64,000 nt of DNA from an uncultured Candidatus Saccharibacteria bacterium. Lineage in GTDB: Bacteria; Patescibacteriota; Minisyncoccia; Phycocordibacterales; UBA9973. The stretch covers positions 18,559 to 82,558 of the forward strand of contig CAYYSG010000001.1 of NCBI GenBank assembly GCA_964474375.1, given 5' to 3'. Both the position numbers and the translations under genes were made by a program. Below the pieces are notes generated by a model, which worked only from the letters and a program-made list of their open reading frames with translations, was not told the origin of the DNA and searched no databases. Shown here in pieces: positions 35,999 to 45,383 of the stretch (the stretch's first letter is position 1; every line of letters starts with the position of its first letter).

Positions 35999-36718
35999 AT
36001 GAAAAAAATTCTCTCTATTTCATTTATAATAGTTTTAACTATTTTTATATCCGGAACCCTTTCTTATATAAAAGCCGCTTTCGTCGAGCCAGCTGGTAGT
36101 CCCCCGAATTCTAATACACCAGCCCCTGTTTTGCTTGGTGATAGTAATCTTTTTGCTTTTGTAAAACTTGGTAAATTAGGTATAACACGTGATGCATCTA
36201 CTGCCCCAGTTGAAAATGCAGCATTTGATAAAAACGTACTAGTTGTTGGCGGTCAATTAGCAACGGATTCATTAGCATCAAATGGTAATCTGACTATAAA
36301 TGCCGAACTTGAAACCAGCTCATCTTTAAAGGCATTGTTTGTGGGTGACCCTACACAGAATTCATTTATGCAAGTGAACCCTGATTCTAGTCCTAGAACA
36401 TTCTTAGTATCTTCACATACTCGTGCCCCAAGACTGGTCGCAGGCTCCAAAGGTGCTCCAGCTGGAGCGTATAACTTGTATTTAGCCGAAGGCAGTAATG
36501 CAACGAACCTTGGTAAAAATAATGACTACTGTGTTTTAACCAAAGATGAGCTTCAGAACAAAGGTTGTCCACATAATTATTCATATCGTAATGTGAATGT
36601 GGGTACATATTTAGGGCAAGTTATAGTTACCAGTAGTAGTGCTTCAACTGACGAGGTTGCATCTTGTTATATGGTTACACCATCAGCTACCCCTCGTAAC
36701 CTTAACCGATGTTATTAA
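35999..36718 (+). CDS. Secreted protein, paralog family member
   Basis: AAFVEPAGSPPNSNTPAPVLLGD...KLGKLG after the signal peptide. Confidence 0.55.
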   Translation: MKKILSISFIIVLTIFISGTLSYIKAAFVEPAGSPPNSNTPAPVLLGDSNLFAFVKLGKLGITRDASTAPVENAAFDKNVLVVGGQLATDSLASNGNLTINAELETSSSLKALFVGDPTQNSFMQVNPDSSPRTFLVSSHTRAPRLVAGSKGAPAGAYNLYLAEGSNATNLGKNNDYCVLTKDELQNKGCPHNYSYRNVNVGTYLGQVIVTSSSASTDEVASCYMVTPSATPRNLNRCY

Positions 36719-36732
36719 AATAAAAATACAAA

Positions 36733-36765
36733 ATCCCCTGACTTCATTGGTCAGGGGATTTTTAT
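36733..36765 (+). terminator. Rho-independent terminator (plus strand)
   Basis: atcccctga-cttcattgg-tcaggggat hairpin plus ttttt. Confidence 0.7.
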
Positions 36766-36795
36766 AAATAAAAAGTCCGGACATTTGTCCGGACT
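36766..36795 (-). terminator. Rho-independent terminator (minus strand)
   Basis: agtccggac-attt-gtccggact hairpin. The minus strand is followed by tttttattt. Confidence 0.7.
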
Positions 36796-36815
36796 AGTCT
36801 ATAAGTTTAGGAATT

Positions 36816-38240
36816 TTATTCTACAACTAGTTTTGTTGGCGTGTAGCCAGCTAGCTGTATAAAATAAATCCCTTTGTTTAAGAACGATACATCTACGATT
36901 TGGTTTGTAATACCAGTCAGTACTATTTTACCGGTGATGTCTATTACTGTAAAAGTAAAGTCTTCCGGAGTACTAACGGTTACAAAACCAGTCGCAGGAT
37001 TTGGGTAAACAAGCAGTTTTGCTAATGACACATCATTAATACCAACATTTCTATCAGCAATTTTGCATATCATGTTGTCACCGAATGCAAATGTGTCAGT
37101 ACCAATACCGACGATCCTTTTAGGTGACCATGTGTAACCAAACTTTTGATAGTATTGGATACTATGCTCATCTTTTAATGGGGGCCATCCGTCTTCTGTT
37201 AAACGATAAACGGTAAAGAATTCATTTAACATTTCTCCTTTTACTGCGTCAAAGTATTGACCTTTCTGGTTTTTCCAATCAACCCAATAATAATGTCTGC
37301 CATGTTGATCAGTGGTGGGAAATCCGTATCCAATAATAGGTAAACTATCTATACTTTCCCATGTTGTGCCAGAAACCCATTTTTTGAGTTTGTTGGCTGA
37401 GCTTGTTGCATAGATTTCCCCATCAATATTCCGAACATAGATTCTATTAAATCCATCTTCTACTCCAGATAAATAAGACGTGTCATTATCGACATCAAAT
37501 ATAAATGAAGCTCCAGACATAGATGGTGAATGTCGCCCACCAAGGAAGAATTTACCATCTTTGTAAGCAATAGTCCCCATGGACATATGCCTATAGCCAG
37601 CAAAAGGTGTCATCGTCTTAATGTGCTGATACGTTTTGGCATCGTACACATAAGCTGAATCAAAGTAGTACCAATCATCTACTCCCACAGTTTTAATGAA
37701 TTTAGATGTAATAGTGATTATGTATTTGTCACTTTCACAAACTAACCTCATCATATCTTTGGGATTTTTGTAAAAATTAAGTTTTGTGTAGTTTATGTTG
37801 TCGTCAACAATAACTGCTTTGTAAATTACATTACTGTAACTTTCAACCACAAAAAATGTATTTCTATCATAACCTTTGTAGAATATTGGAGATAACAATG
37901 GTCCTTGGTTCCAGTTAGATTTCAATATGAAATCCTTGGTTTTTTTAGACCAGAGTACAATTGGGTCCCCTTTTTCTTTGTTGGAAAATACGAGTTCATT
38001 ATACACAGGGTTTGGTTCAGAAAATAAATTAGACTGAGCCCCTATAATAATAAAATCATTTCTCTCTTCGAATAAAGTTGTACCCCAGTTTTGGTCATCA
38101 CATGACAAGATGTACTCACCCATAGAATAGCTCTGCCATTCTTTGGTGTAGTCTTGTGCTGTTGCTTGTTTACTTGTTAAAGTGCTCAGGATGAACAGTA
38201 TTAATACTGCTACAAACCTGAATTTGTATAAGTTTTTCAT
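36816..38240 (-). CDS. Secreted protein with C-terminal T9SS-type (Por_Secre_tail-like) sorting domain
   Basis: Signal peptide. C-terminus LLVYPNPATGFVTVSTPEDFTFTVIDITGKIVLTGITNQIVDVSFLNKGIYFIQLAGYTPTKLVVE matches the TIGR04183-type pattern (VYPNPA...V.D..GK.V......VDVS.L..GIYF..L...TKLV). Confidence 0.6.
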   Translation of the reverse strand: MKNLYKFRFVAVLILFILSTLTSKQATAQDYTKEWQSYSMGEYILSCDDQNWGTTLFEERNDFIIIGAQSNLFSEPNPVYNELVFSNKEKGDPIVLWSKKTKDFILKSNWNQGPLLSPIFYKGYDRNTFFVVESYSNVIYKAVIVDDNINYTKLNFYKNPKDMMRLVCESDKYIITITSKFIKTVGVDDWYYFDSAYVYDAKTYQHIKTMTPFAGYRHMSMGTIAYKDGKFFLGGRHSPSMSGASFIFDVDNDTSYLSGVEDGFNRIYVRNIDGEIYATSSANKLKKWVSGTTWESIDSLPIIGYGFPTTDQHGRHYYWVDWKNQKGQYFDAVKGEMLNEFFTVYRLTEDGWPPLKDEHSIQYYQKFGYTWSPKRIVGIGTDTFAFGDNMICKIADRNVGINDVSLAKLLVYPNPATGFVTVSTPEDFTFTVIDITGKIVLTGITNQIVDVSFLNKGIYFIQLAGYTPTKLVVE

Positions 38241-38348
38241 GATTCTGTATATTTTAAATTTATTAATTACATTATACCATTTGACAGGCTGTCAAACCAG
38301 TCCTATACACACTATGTGGATATCCTATATACGTGATATAATATAGGT

Positions 38349-39437
38349 ATGAAACATAAAGCTTTTCTTATAGTGTTACTACTTTTGGTTACTTTTGGTA
38401 CAGCTGTATTGGCTGACTATGTCGAGCCTACTGGTACCGCTCCGGCATCGAATACCGGTGAAGTTTTAAAAACAGGCCCGAAGAATACTAATTCCATGAC
38501 CTATGAAAAAATAGGTATTGGTGATGGAACCAGTGCTACCATTTCTAACATTGCGTCTCAGGGCTGGCTTTATCTTACTGCTGGTTCGTATGCTGGGTCT
38601 GGTGTTGGAGATAAAGGTGTAAAGCCTGATAGACTAGTAGTAACAGGTGCCACAGGTGTTGTTTCTGGTAAAGACTTTATTGTACGAGTTGACCCTATTA
38701 CCGGTAATGAGTTTGATCAATTCAAAAATAATAGCTCTTTTAAGTATGATAAGTTTATAAATAATAATGTTAACCCTGCTCCTACTACCCCAAAACCATT
38801 AGAAGCTTTTGTTGCAGGGCGTTATATTTCAAATTTTGCTATAACTAATTCTTCAGATATTACTACAAATTCTAGCCCAAACACTTATTCTTTAGAGCTT
38901 CGTGAAGCTGGTTCTTTTGACCCTACTACTAACATTGGCCTAGGTAACAGTTGTAACTTGTACCCTGCTGATTTAGGTAACACTATTGGTGATGGCGGCG
39001 GATGTCCTGCTGGTACATATATGACGCGTTATATTGGTCCAAGTTATTCCGGAACATTAAGTTCTACTAATAACACAAACACTCAAGTCGTTGCTACCTG
39101 TACAGAATTTAATCCATCTATTAATCCTACAAGTGGTCCACATTGTAGCACCGGTCGCACTTTTAGTAATGCTATTCGTATTGGTAAAGATATTTCTTCC
39201 GGTAGTGTGTGTCTATTTACTATTTCATCTGGAACAAGCTTTACGAATTCTAATGTTCCTGCAAATTTCAATGGTAAAAATGTAAAAATACGCTGGTATG
39301 CATTAGGAGGTAATCCAGCAAGGGCTTATATTAATACGTTAGACAATCAAAAAACTTTTACTTATGGCTGTGCTCAGGATTCATGGGAAGCAGAAGTATA
39401 TGATGACTATGGTCAGTATTTCAATATAACAAGATAA
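38349..39437 (+). CDS. Secreted protein, paralog family member
   Basis: LADYVEPTGTAPASNTGEVLKTG...IGIGDG after the signal peptide. Confidence 0.55.
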   Translation: MKHKAFLIVLLLLVTFGTAVLADYVEPTGTAPASNTGEVLKTGPKNTNSMTYEKIGIGDGTSATISNIASQGWLYLTAGSYAGSGVGDKGVKPDRLVVTGATGVVSGKDFIVRVDPITGNEFDQFKNNSSFKYDKFINNNVNPAPTTPKPLEAFVAGRYISNFAITNSSDITTNSSPNTYSLELREAGSFDPTTNIGLGNSCNLYPADLGNTIGDGGGCPAGTYMTRYIGPSYSGTLSSTNNTNTQVVATCTEFNPSINPTSGPHCSTGRTFSNAIRIGKDISSGSVCLFTISSGTSFTNSNVPANFNGKNVKIRWYALGGNPARAYINTLDNQKTFTYGCAQDSWEAEVYDDYGQYFNITR

Positions 39438-39451
39438 TAAATATTTAAAAT

Positions 39452-39483
39452 ATAAAAACCTCGGGAATATCCGAGGTTTTTAT
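39452..39483. terminator. Bidirectional terminator
   Basis: aacctcgg-gaatat-ccgaggtt hairpin with a flanking A run and T run. Confidence 0.7.
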
Positions 39484-39484
39484 A

Positions 39485-41272
39485 TTACATTTTTTCTACC
39501 GGTTCTATGCCTAGAATATTTAGTCCGTGTTTGATAGTTTTAGCTGTTGCTTCTAGTACTGCTAATTTCTCACTTACATTCGGGCTGTCGTCCAGAATTT
39601 TTTCATCGTTATAGAATTTGTTAAATGCTGATGCTAACCCCAGTAAATAATGTGCTATTCCGTGTACGGAAAGATGTTCTCTTGCTGAACCCAGTGTTAT
39701 TGGGTAAGCATTAATAGTTCGCAGTACATCGTGTGCAGTATTACCCGCTTGGGCTACTACTTCTATTCCTCGGTTTTTTGCTTCGCGGAGTATCGACTGA
39801 ATACGTGCATAAGTATACATTACATATACACCACTATCCCCTGATATGCTAATGGATTCATTTATATCGAATGCCATGTTCATATTCTTTTCGCATTTTA
39901 GGATACTGAATTTTGTTGCACCTAACGCTATTTTTTCAGCTAAATCAGGTTCATCTGTCGCCTGTAACCTATTCCCTGTAACTTCTAAAACTTTTTCTTT
40001 TACTATATCAAGCAAATCGTCTATTAGTAGTACAGTCCCTGCGCGTGATGACATTTTTTTAAAGTTGCCGTCAATGTCTTTTAGTCCCATGTATCCATAT
40101 GGAATATGAATAAAGTCATCGTATTTGCCTATGCCTAGCTGTTCACAAACTGCAAAAAGTTGCTTCATTGCTAGACTTTGTTCGGGTCCTATAACCCAAA
40201 TCAATTTGTCAGCATTGTAGGTTTTCTTTTTTAAATCTGTTAATGCTATGTCTTGGGTTATATATAGTGCAGTTCCATCGTTCTTTAACAGTATTGTTTC
40301 TGGAATGTTGTAGTTCTCTTCTATCTGAGTCAGGATTGCTCCATCTTCTAATTTTTTAAAAATACCTTTTTCTAAACCTTGCTCTACATAGTCTTTGCCT
40401 TTTTGGTAATGTTCATGTTCATGCCAGACCTTGTCCCATTTGTTACCTAATCTACTCAGGGTCATTTCCATACCAGCGTATGAATAGTCCAAGATGTGTT
40501 GCCATAATTTCCATGTATCTTCATCTTTGTTTTCCCAGTCTAGTACCATTTGGCGAATTATCTTATCGATTTTCTCGTCATTTTTTCTTAACTCTTCCCC
40601 GCCAGTGTAGCAAGCGGTTACGAATACATCTGGCCTTAAATTTTTATCTTCGGGGGTGTGCCAAGCATCTTTATTTTTAACCCAGTATTTTGTATCAATA
40701 GGTGTTTCATTATTTTTTCGCTCTAGTGCTAGGAAGCCATACATTGCTTTGGCTATAGCTATTCCCCTGTTGTTGTCCACCGCATCGCGTGTCACCCGAG
40801 CGCCAAAATTTTCCATCAAGTTCGCCAGACTCATTCCAACCAAGTTGTTACGCAAATGCCCTAAATGCATAGCTTTGTTTGGGTTCGGACTGGTGTGTTC
40901 GATTACCCAATGAGTGTCAGTGTCTTTATTTGATTTAAAAATCTCCTTATTATTTAAAATACTATTTAATACATTTATTCTAGCGTTATCGTTAATAAAT
41001 ATATTAATTAGCCCTGGACCAGCTACTTCTATTTTTTCTACTAGGTCTCCTATTTTTTCATCTAGAAATGTTTTAATTTCTTTAGCTAATTCTGTTGGGT
41101 TTTGTTTTGCTATTTTTGCTACACGCAAGGCTATATTTGTAGTTAGGTCACCGTGCTGAGTATAAGCCGGTATAGACAAAGAGCTTGGTTCGTTATAACC
41201 AAGTTCTTTTATGTGTGCATCTAGAACCTCTTCTATTTTAAAAAGAGGAAAATTATCAGGACTATTTTTCAT
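39485..41272 (-). CDS. argS: Arginine--tRNA ligase
   Basis: HIGH-like MHLGHLRNN and a C-terminal DALK-type anticodon-binding domain. 595 aa. Confidence 0.85.
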   Translation of the reverse strand: MKNSPDNFPLFKIEEVLDAHIKELGYNEPSSLSIPAYTQHGDLTTNIALRVAKIAKQNPTELAKEIKTFLDEKIGDLVEKIEVAGPGLINIFINDNARINVLNSILNNKEIFKSNKDTDTHWVIEHTSPNPNKAMHLGHLRNNLVGMSLANLMENFGARVTRDAVDNNRGIAIAKAMYGFLALERKNNETPIDTKYWVKNKDAWHTPEDKNLRPDVFVTACYTGGEELRKNDEKIDKIIRQMVLDWENKDEDTWKLWQHILDYSYAGMEMTLSRLGNKWDKVWHEHEHYQKGKDYVEQGLEKGIFKKLEDGAILTQIEENYNIPETILLKNDGTALYITQDIALTDLKKKTYNADKLIWVIGPEQSLAMKQLFAVCEQLGIGKYDDFIHIPYGYMGLKDIDGNFKKMSSRAGTVLLIDDLLDIVKEKVLEVTGNRLQATDEPDLAEKIALGATKFSILKCEKNMNMAFDINESISISGDSGVYVMYTYARIQSILREAKNRGIEVVAQAGNTAHDVLRTINAYPITLGSAREHLSVHGIAHYLLGLASAFNKFYNDEKILDDSPNVSEKLAVLEATAKTIKHGLNILGIEPVEKM

Positions 41273-41281
41273 TGATTTGTC

Positions 41282-43219
41282 TTAGAACTCTTTAAATACA
41301 GGGCCTTTACCTGGACATCTTGTTCCGACACATGTGGTGTTTGTGCTACATGTGTTTTGTACTTCCACGTCTACTGATTGAGTCAACGGTGTACCACTAG
41401 GGTTTGATGATTCCTGACATCCAGAAACAGTATATGTGTATGTTTGCCCTACTGTTAGATTACTTGCTGAACGAATATAATGCAAGTTAAAGTTATTTTG
41501 GTTTATTTTTGCACTATTACCACTTAGCCAGCTACGTTCACATGATCCTGATACTAAATTGGACCCAATATAATGTATGTCTATATTATCCGCTGGTGTT
41601 ACACAAGCATTAGCCGCTGTTACAGACAATGCTCCTGATGCACATGATCTACTCATTGCTTTACCAGCAGTCCATAGGCTACCATCAAGCTTTTGGCATT
41701 GCAGTTGGTATATAATACTACCTGTTTGAGTTACTGCACCTGTAGTTTCGTCGTGTGTTGTTGGTCCATCATTTTCAGTTATGGTTGTACTACTACCCCA
41801 GTCTGGGTTATTAGTATTACCATCTATCATAGCCCGGCAAGTTCCGGATTTAACATTTTTTGTACTATAAGTAATAGTTACACCTGTATTACTACAAGGA
41901 ATTATACTTGTGCTGTTTGTACTGTTGTCTTTTACACTAAATGTAACTGTTGGTGTTGGTACTGTAACTGTAGTTTTAGCTGTAGCACTACCAGTTCGTA
42001 CTGGGGTTGGTGGAGTACTGTCAGTACATCGCAATTCCCAGTTAGCTGTAGCGGTCAGGTTGTTTACTGTAATAGTATCTTCGAATATATCTTCTTTTGT
42101 ACCATCGCTAGTTACACTAATGCCGCTTTGTACCACGTTGCCGTTGTTTAGCAGTGTTGCGCTACATCCATAAGGTATGTTTGTTACGGTGTAGTCTAGC
42201 GCAGCGCTTTCACCGTATATTTTATTTGCTGGTGCACTAAGAGTAACTTGTGGAGTAAAGTTTGATAGATTTACCAATACATCCCCTGTACCTTTTTTGC
42301 CACTGTATTCACATGTCAGAGTAAATGTCGTTGGGCTACTAATGACGCCTACATTCAAAGTACCGCTGTCTATGTCAGTTCCTGTTGGTGTATAAGCATC
42401 CCATGTAGAATTAGCTGGACTTGATGATGTTGTTGCTGTACAGCCATTTGGTTTATTGGTTACTGTCCAAGACAATGTAACGTCCCCTGTATGTGAAACT
42501 GGGTTTGGGCTAGCAGTTATAGTAACTTTTGGCTTGTCGTTGTCATCTATACAGTCAGCTCCTTGTGCTACTGCACACGATACTCCTCCACCTGTCGGGT
42601 TCATTTTTATCCAGCCGGCACCTTCAGCATAATTACTGTCACCTGGCGCCCTGTTTCCTCCACCCCAAGCAAATCCTGTAAAAGCGTTAGAAGTACTGTA
42701 TGCTACGCCGAAATTACTACCCTTAAACCCTATCCAGCCATCGTATCCGCCCAGTTCAGATGCTGGTCTTAAATTTCCAGAACAGCCTGATTGGTATACA
42801 AAACAAAACCTTGCATAGCCGACTAGTTTATAGCCACCATCGTCAACTAAATGCACATTACAAGGTCCATCTTGGCTTTGGTTGTTAGGATTTGTTTGAC
42901 AAGCGGTCTTAGCACTTGGAAATTCACTATCGTCGAATCCTCCGAATTTTATATAGCCATATCTTTCGCTCCAAGCATATCCATTTAATTCCCAGCTGGT
43001 GCGGTCAAAAGTAACTTTGTATTCAGTATTACTAACAGCAGTATTTGACCCGGTTGAAGTATTGTTAAAGTTAATCCAGCCAACTCCCCCGAATGGGGTA
43101 TTGTCTGCTCCCCATGCGTAACCCTTGAGGTCAACAGTTGCCGCGGACATTATGTTGGTTATTCCGAAGAATAAAAATATAGCAAAACTAAAGATCTTGA
43201 AAAAAGATTTCATATACAA
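41282..43219 (-). CDS. Large secreted Cys/Thr/Gly-rich surface protein
   Basis: Signal peptide MYMKSFFKIFSFAIFLFFGITNIMSA. Repeated Cys pairs and Thr/Ser-rich segments. Confidence 0.5.
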   Translation of the reverse strand: MYMKSFFKIFSFAIFLFFGITNIMSAATVDLKGYAWGADNTPFGGVGWINFNNTSTGSNTAVSNTEYKVTFDRTSWELNGYAWSERYGYIKFGGFDDSEFPSAKTACQTNPNNQSQDGPCNVHLVDDGGYKLVGYARFCFVYQSGCSGNLRPASELGGYDGWIGFKGSNFGVAYSTSNAFTGFAWGGGNRAPGDSNYAEGAGWIKMNPTGGGVSCAVAQGADCIDDNDKPKVTITASPNPVSHTGDVTLSWTVTNKPNGCTATTSSSPANSTWDAYTPTGTDIDSGTLNVGVISSPTTFTLTCEYSGKKGTGDVLVNLSNFTPQVTLSAPANKIYGESAALDYTVTNIPYGCSATLLNNGNVVQSGISVTSDGTKEDIFEDTITVNNLTATANWELRCTDSTPPTPVRTGSATAKTTVTVPTPTVTFSVKDNSTNSTSIIPCSNTGVTITYSTKNVKSGTCRAMIDGNTNNPDWGSSTTITENDGPTTHDETTGAVTQTGSIIYQLQCQKLDGSLWTAGKAMSRSCASGALSVTAANACVTPADNIDIHYIGSNLVSGSCERSWLSGNSAKINQNNFNLHYIRSASNLTVGQTYTYTVSGCQESSNPSGTPLTQSVDVEVQNTCSTNTTCVGTRCPGKGPVFKEF

Positions 43220-43315
43220 TTATTATACCAATTTGCAGTATTATTTTGCAATAAAATAATGTTTGTGGTAAAGTCATTACATTATTACAAGATAATATTT
43301 GAAGTACAAATTAAT

Positions 43316-44623
43316 ATGTTAGACCTCAAAACCATGAAAACGGCTCTTGAAGCCCTGGGTGAAGAGCGCAAAATCCCAAGAGATAAGATTATTGACGCCA
43401 TTGAGCAAGCTTTTGCTGCCGCTTATAAGAAAGATTACGGTAAAAAAGGCCAAATTGTTCGCGCCCATATGGACGTGGACACTGGAAAACTCGATTTTTA
43501 CCAAGTAAAAATCGTAGTTGACGATACATTGGTTCGTATAGTTAACCAAGAAACAGAACACGAAGACTATGATGAGTCAGATACTCGCGTGCGTTACAAC
43601 GAAGAACACCATATCTTTATTCAAGATGCGGAAATGATCAAATCTGGTGTAAAACTAGAAGATGAAATCGTTTTTGCTCTTGAACCACAGGATGATTTTA
43701 GTCGTATTGCTGCCCAAACCGCAAAACAAGTCATAATGCAAAAAATCCGCGAAGCGGAACAAGCTGTTATTTTAGAAGAATTCGGAGCTAAAGAAGGTGA
43801 CATTATAACAGGTACAGTAGACAAGATAGAACGCGGAATGGTTTCTATTTCTATTGGTAGAGCTTTTGCTATCCTAAGTCCAGAAGAACAAATCCCAGGC
43901 GAATTCTATCGTCGTGGTGAAAGAATCCGTGCTTATTTATACAAGGTAGAACAAGGCCCAAGAGGTATTTCTATTCGAGTATCGCGTACTCACCCAAAGC
44001 TAATTGAAGCTTTGTTTGTAATGGAATCCCCTGAAATCGCTAGCGGTACAGTGGAAATTCGTGCTATTGCTCGCGAAGCCGGTGCTCGTACAAAAATTGC
44101 TGTAGTCTCACATGACCCAAGTATTGATCCGGTTGGATCATGTGTAGGACAAAAAGGTGTCCGTGTTACTGCTGTTATGAGTGAAATTCATGGCGAAAAA
44201 ATAGACATTATTCCATGGGATGAAGACCCTGCAGTATTTGTAGCAAATGCTCTAGCCCCAGCACGCGTCTTTGATATTTTGATTGATGAAAACGAACATA
44301 CTGCCGAAGTAGATGTTCCTGAAGATCAATTGTCATTAGCTATTGGGCGTGGCGGACAAAATGTACGTCTTGCTGCAAAGCTAACTGGCTGGAAAATCGA
44401 CATAAAAGGAAGTGAAGCTCAATACACATCCCCAGAAGAAATCCTAGAAGAAACATTTGAAGAATTTTCAGAAGAAGCTCAAGAAATTGCGAATGTTAGT
44501 ACAGAAGAACTAAATTCTCTTGAAGAAGTTAGTGATGCAGTAGAAGCATATGAAACACAAGAATTACCTGCCGACAAAGAGGTTACCGAAAACAATTTGG
44601 AAGACAGTGAATTAAAAGATTAA
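43316..44623 (+). CDS. nusA: Transcription termination/antitermination factor NusA
   Basis: N-terminal MLDLKTMKTALEALGEERKIPRDKIIDAIEQAF, S1 and KH domains (GRGGQNVRLAAKLTGWKIDI), and an acidic C-terminus. The ORF is open from 43259. Confidence 0.85.
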   Translation: MLDLKTMKTALEALGEERKIPRDKIIDAIEQAFAAAYKKDYGKKGQIVRAHMDVDTGKLDFYQVKIVVDDTLVRIVNQETEHEDYDESDTRVRYNEEHHIFIQDAEMIKSGVKLEDEIVFALEPQDDFSRIAAQTAKQVIMQKIREAEQAVILEEFGAKEGDIITGTVDKIERGMVSISIGRAFAILSPEEQIPGEFYRRGERIRAYLYKVEQGPRGISIRVSRTHPKLIEALFVMESPEIASGTVEIRAIAREAGARTKIAVVSHDPSIDPVGSCVGQKGVRVTAVMSEIHGEKIDIIPWDEDPAVFVANALAPARVFDILIDENEHTAEVDVPEDQLSLAIGRGGQNVRLAAKLTGWKIDIKGSEAQYTSPEEILEETFEEFSEEAQEIANVSTEELNSLEEVSDAVEAYETQELPADKEVTENNLEDSELKD

Positions 44624-44646
44624 TTAATGGATATTATCGTTATATA

Positions 44647-44674
44647 ACCTATAACCTAATACCTATAACCTAAT
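44647..44674 (+). repeat. Perfect tandem duplication of 14-bp unit acctataacctaat immediately upstream of ppa start codon
   Basis: 44647..44660 equals 44661..44674. Contains four TAACCT-like heptamers, and related TAACCT repeats sit upstream of tig (45353..45378). Confidence 0.8.
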
Positions 44675-44675
44675 A

Positions 44676-45266
44676 ATGGCTAATATAAACATAAAACCAA
44701 GTAAATACATGTACAATTTACAACATGTATTACCTGCTTTTGCTGATGAGGACAAAAAAATAGTAAATGGACTTATTGAAATTACTCCAAATACTATTAA
44801 TAAATACGAATATATTACCGAAGCCGGTATTTTAAAACTCGACCGCGTAGGATATTCATCATTGGCTTACCCTATAACGTATGGACTTATTCCAAGAACT
44901 TGGGACGAAGACAGTGATTTGCTAGATGTAGTAGTGGCAAATGTTACAGAAGAATTAATACCAGGATCTTTAGCAGAACTGCGTGTTATCGGTATTATGA
45001 AGTTCGAAGATGGTGGCGAAAGAGATGACAAAGTCATAACAGTGTTAAATGATGACAAAAGAGTTGAACACATCACCAAAGTCGAAGACCTGGGTGAACA
45101 CTGGAAAAAAGAAATAGAACACTATTTCGAATACTACAAACATCTTAAAAAGCCTGGTACTTGTAAGCCCCTTGGTTTCTTTGATGCGGACGAAGCCGTA
45201 AAGATTATAAAAGAGTGCGAAGAAAGATACGAAAAAGATTACGCACCGAAATTAGAAGCAAATTAA
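44676..45266 (+). CDS. ppa: Inorganic pyrophosphatase (family I)
   Basis: EIPKGS-like core with DEDSDLLDVVV and YGLIPRTW-type motifs. 196 aa. Confidence 0.75.
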   Translation: MANINIKPSKYMYNLQHVLPAFADEDKKIVNGLIEITPNTINKYEYITEAGILKLDRVGYSSLAYPITYGLIPRTWDEDSDLLDVVVANVTEELIPGSLAELRVIGIMKFEDGGERDDKVITVLNDDKRVEHITKVEDLGEHWKKEIEHYFEYYKHLKKPGTCKPLGFFDADEAVKIIKECEERYEKDYAPKLEAN

Positions 45267-45383
45267 TATTGTTTTTAATACATATCAATACTCCGCTCGC
45301 CAGTCCTCGCTATGCTGCGGAACCTCGCTTTGTATTATATGTATTTTAAAACTATAACCTGTAACCTTTAACCTAATAAATAT

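Noticed and set aside
41693-42173. Cys/Trp-rich plus-strand ORFs
   Set aside because: Antisense to the 645-aa secreted protein gene; composition is an artefact of its Thr/Gly codons.
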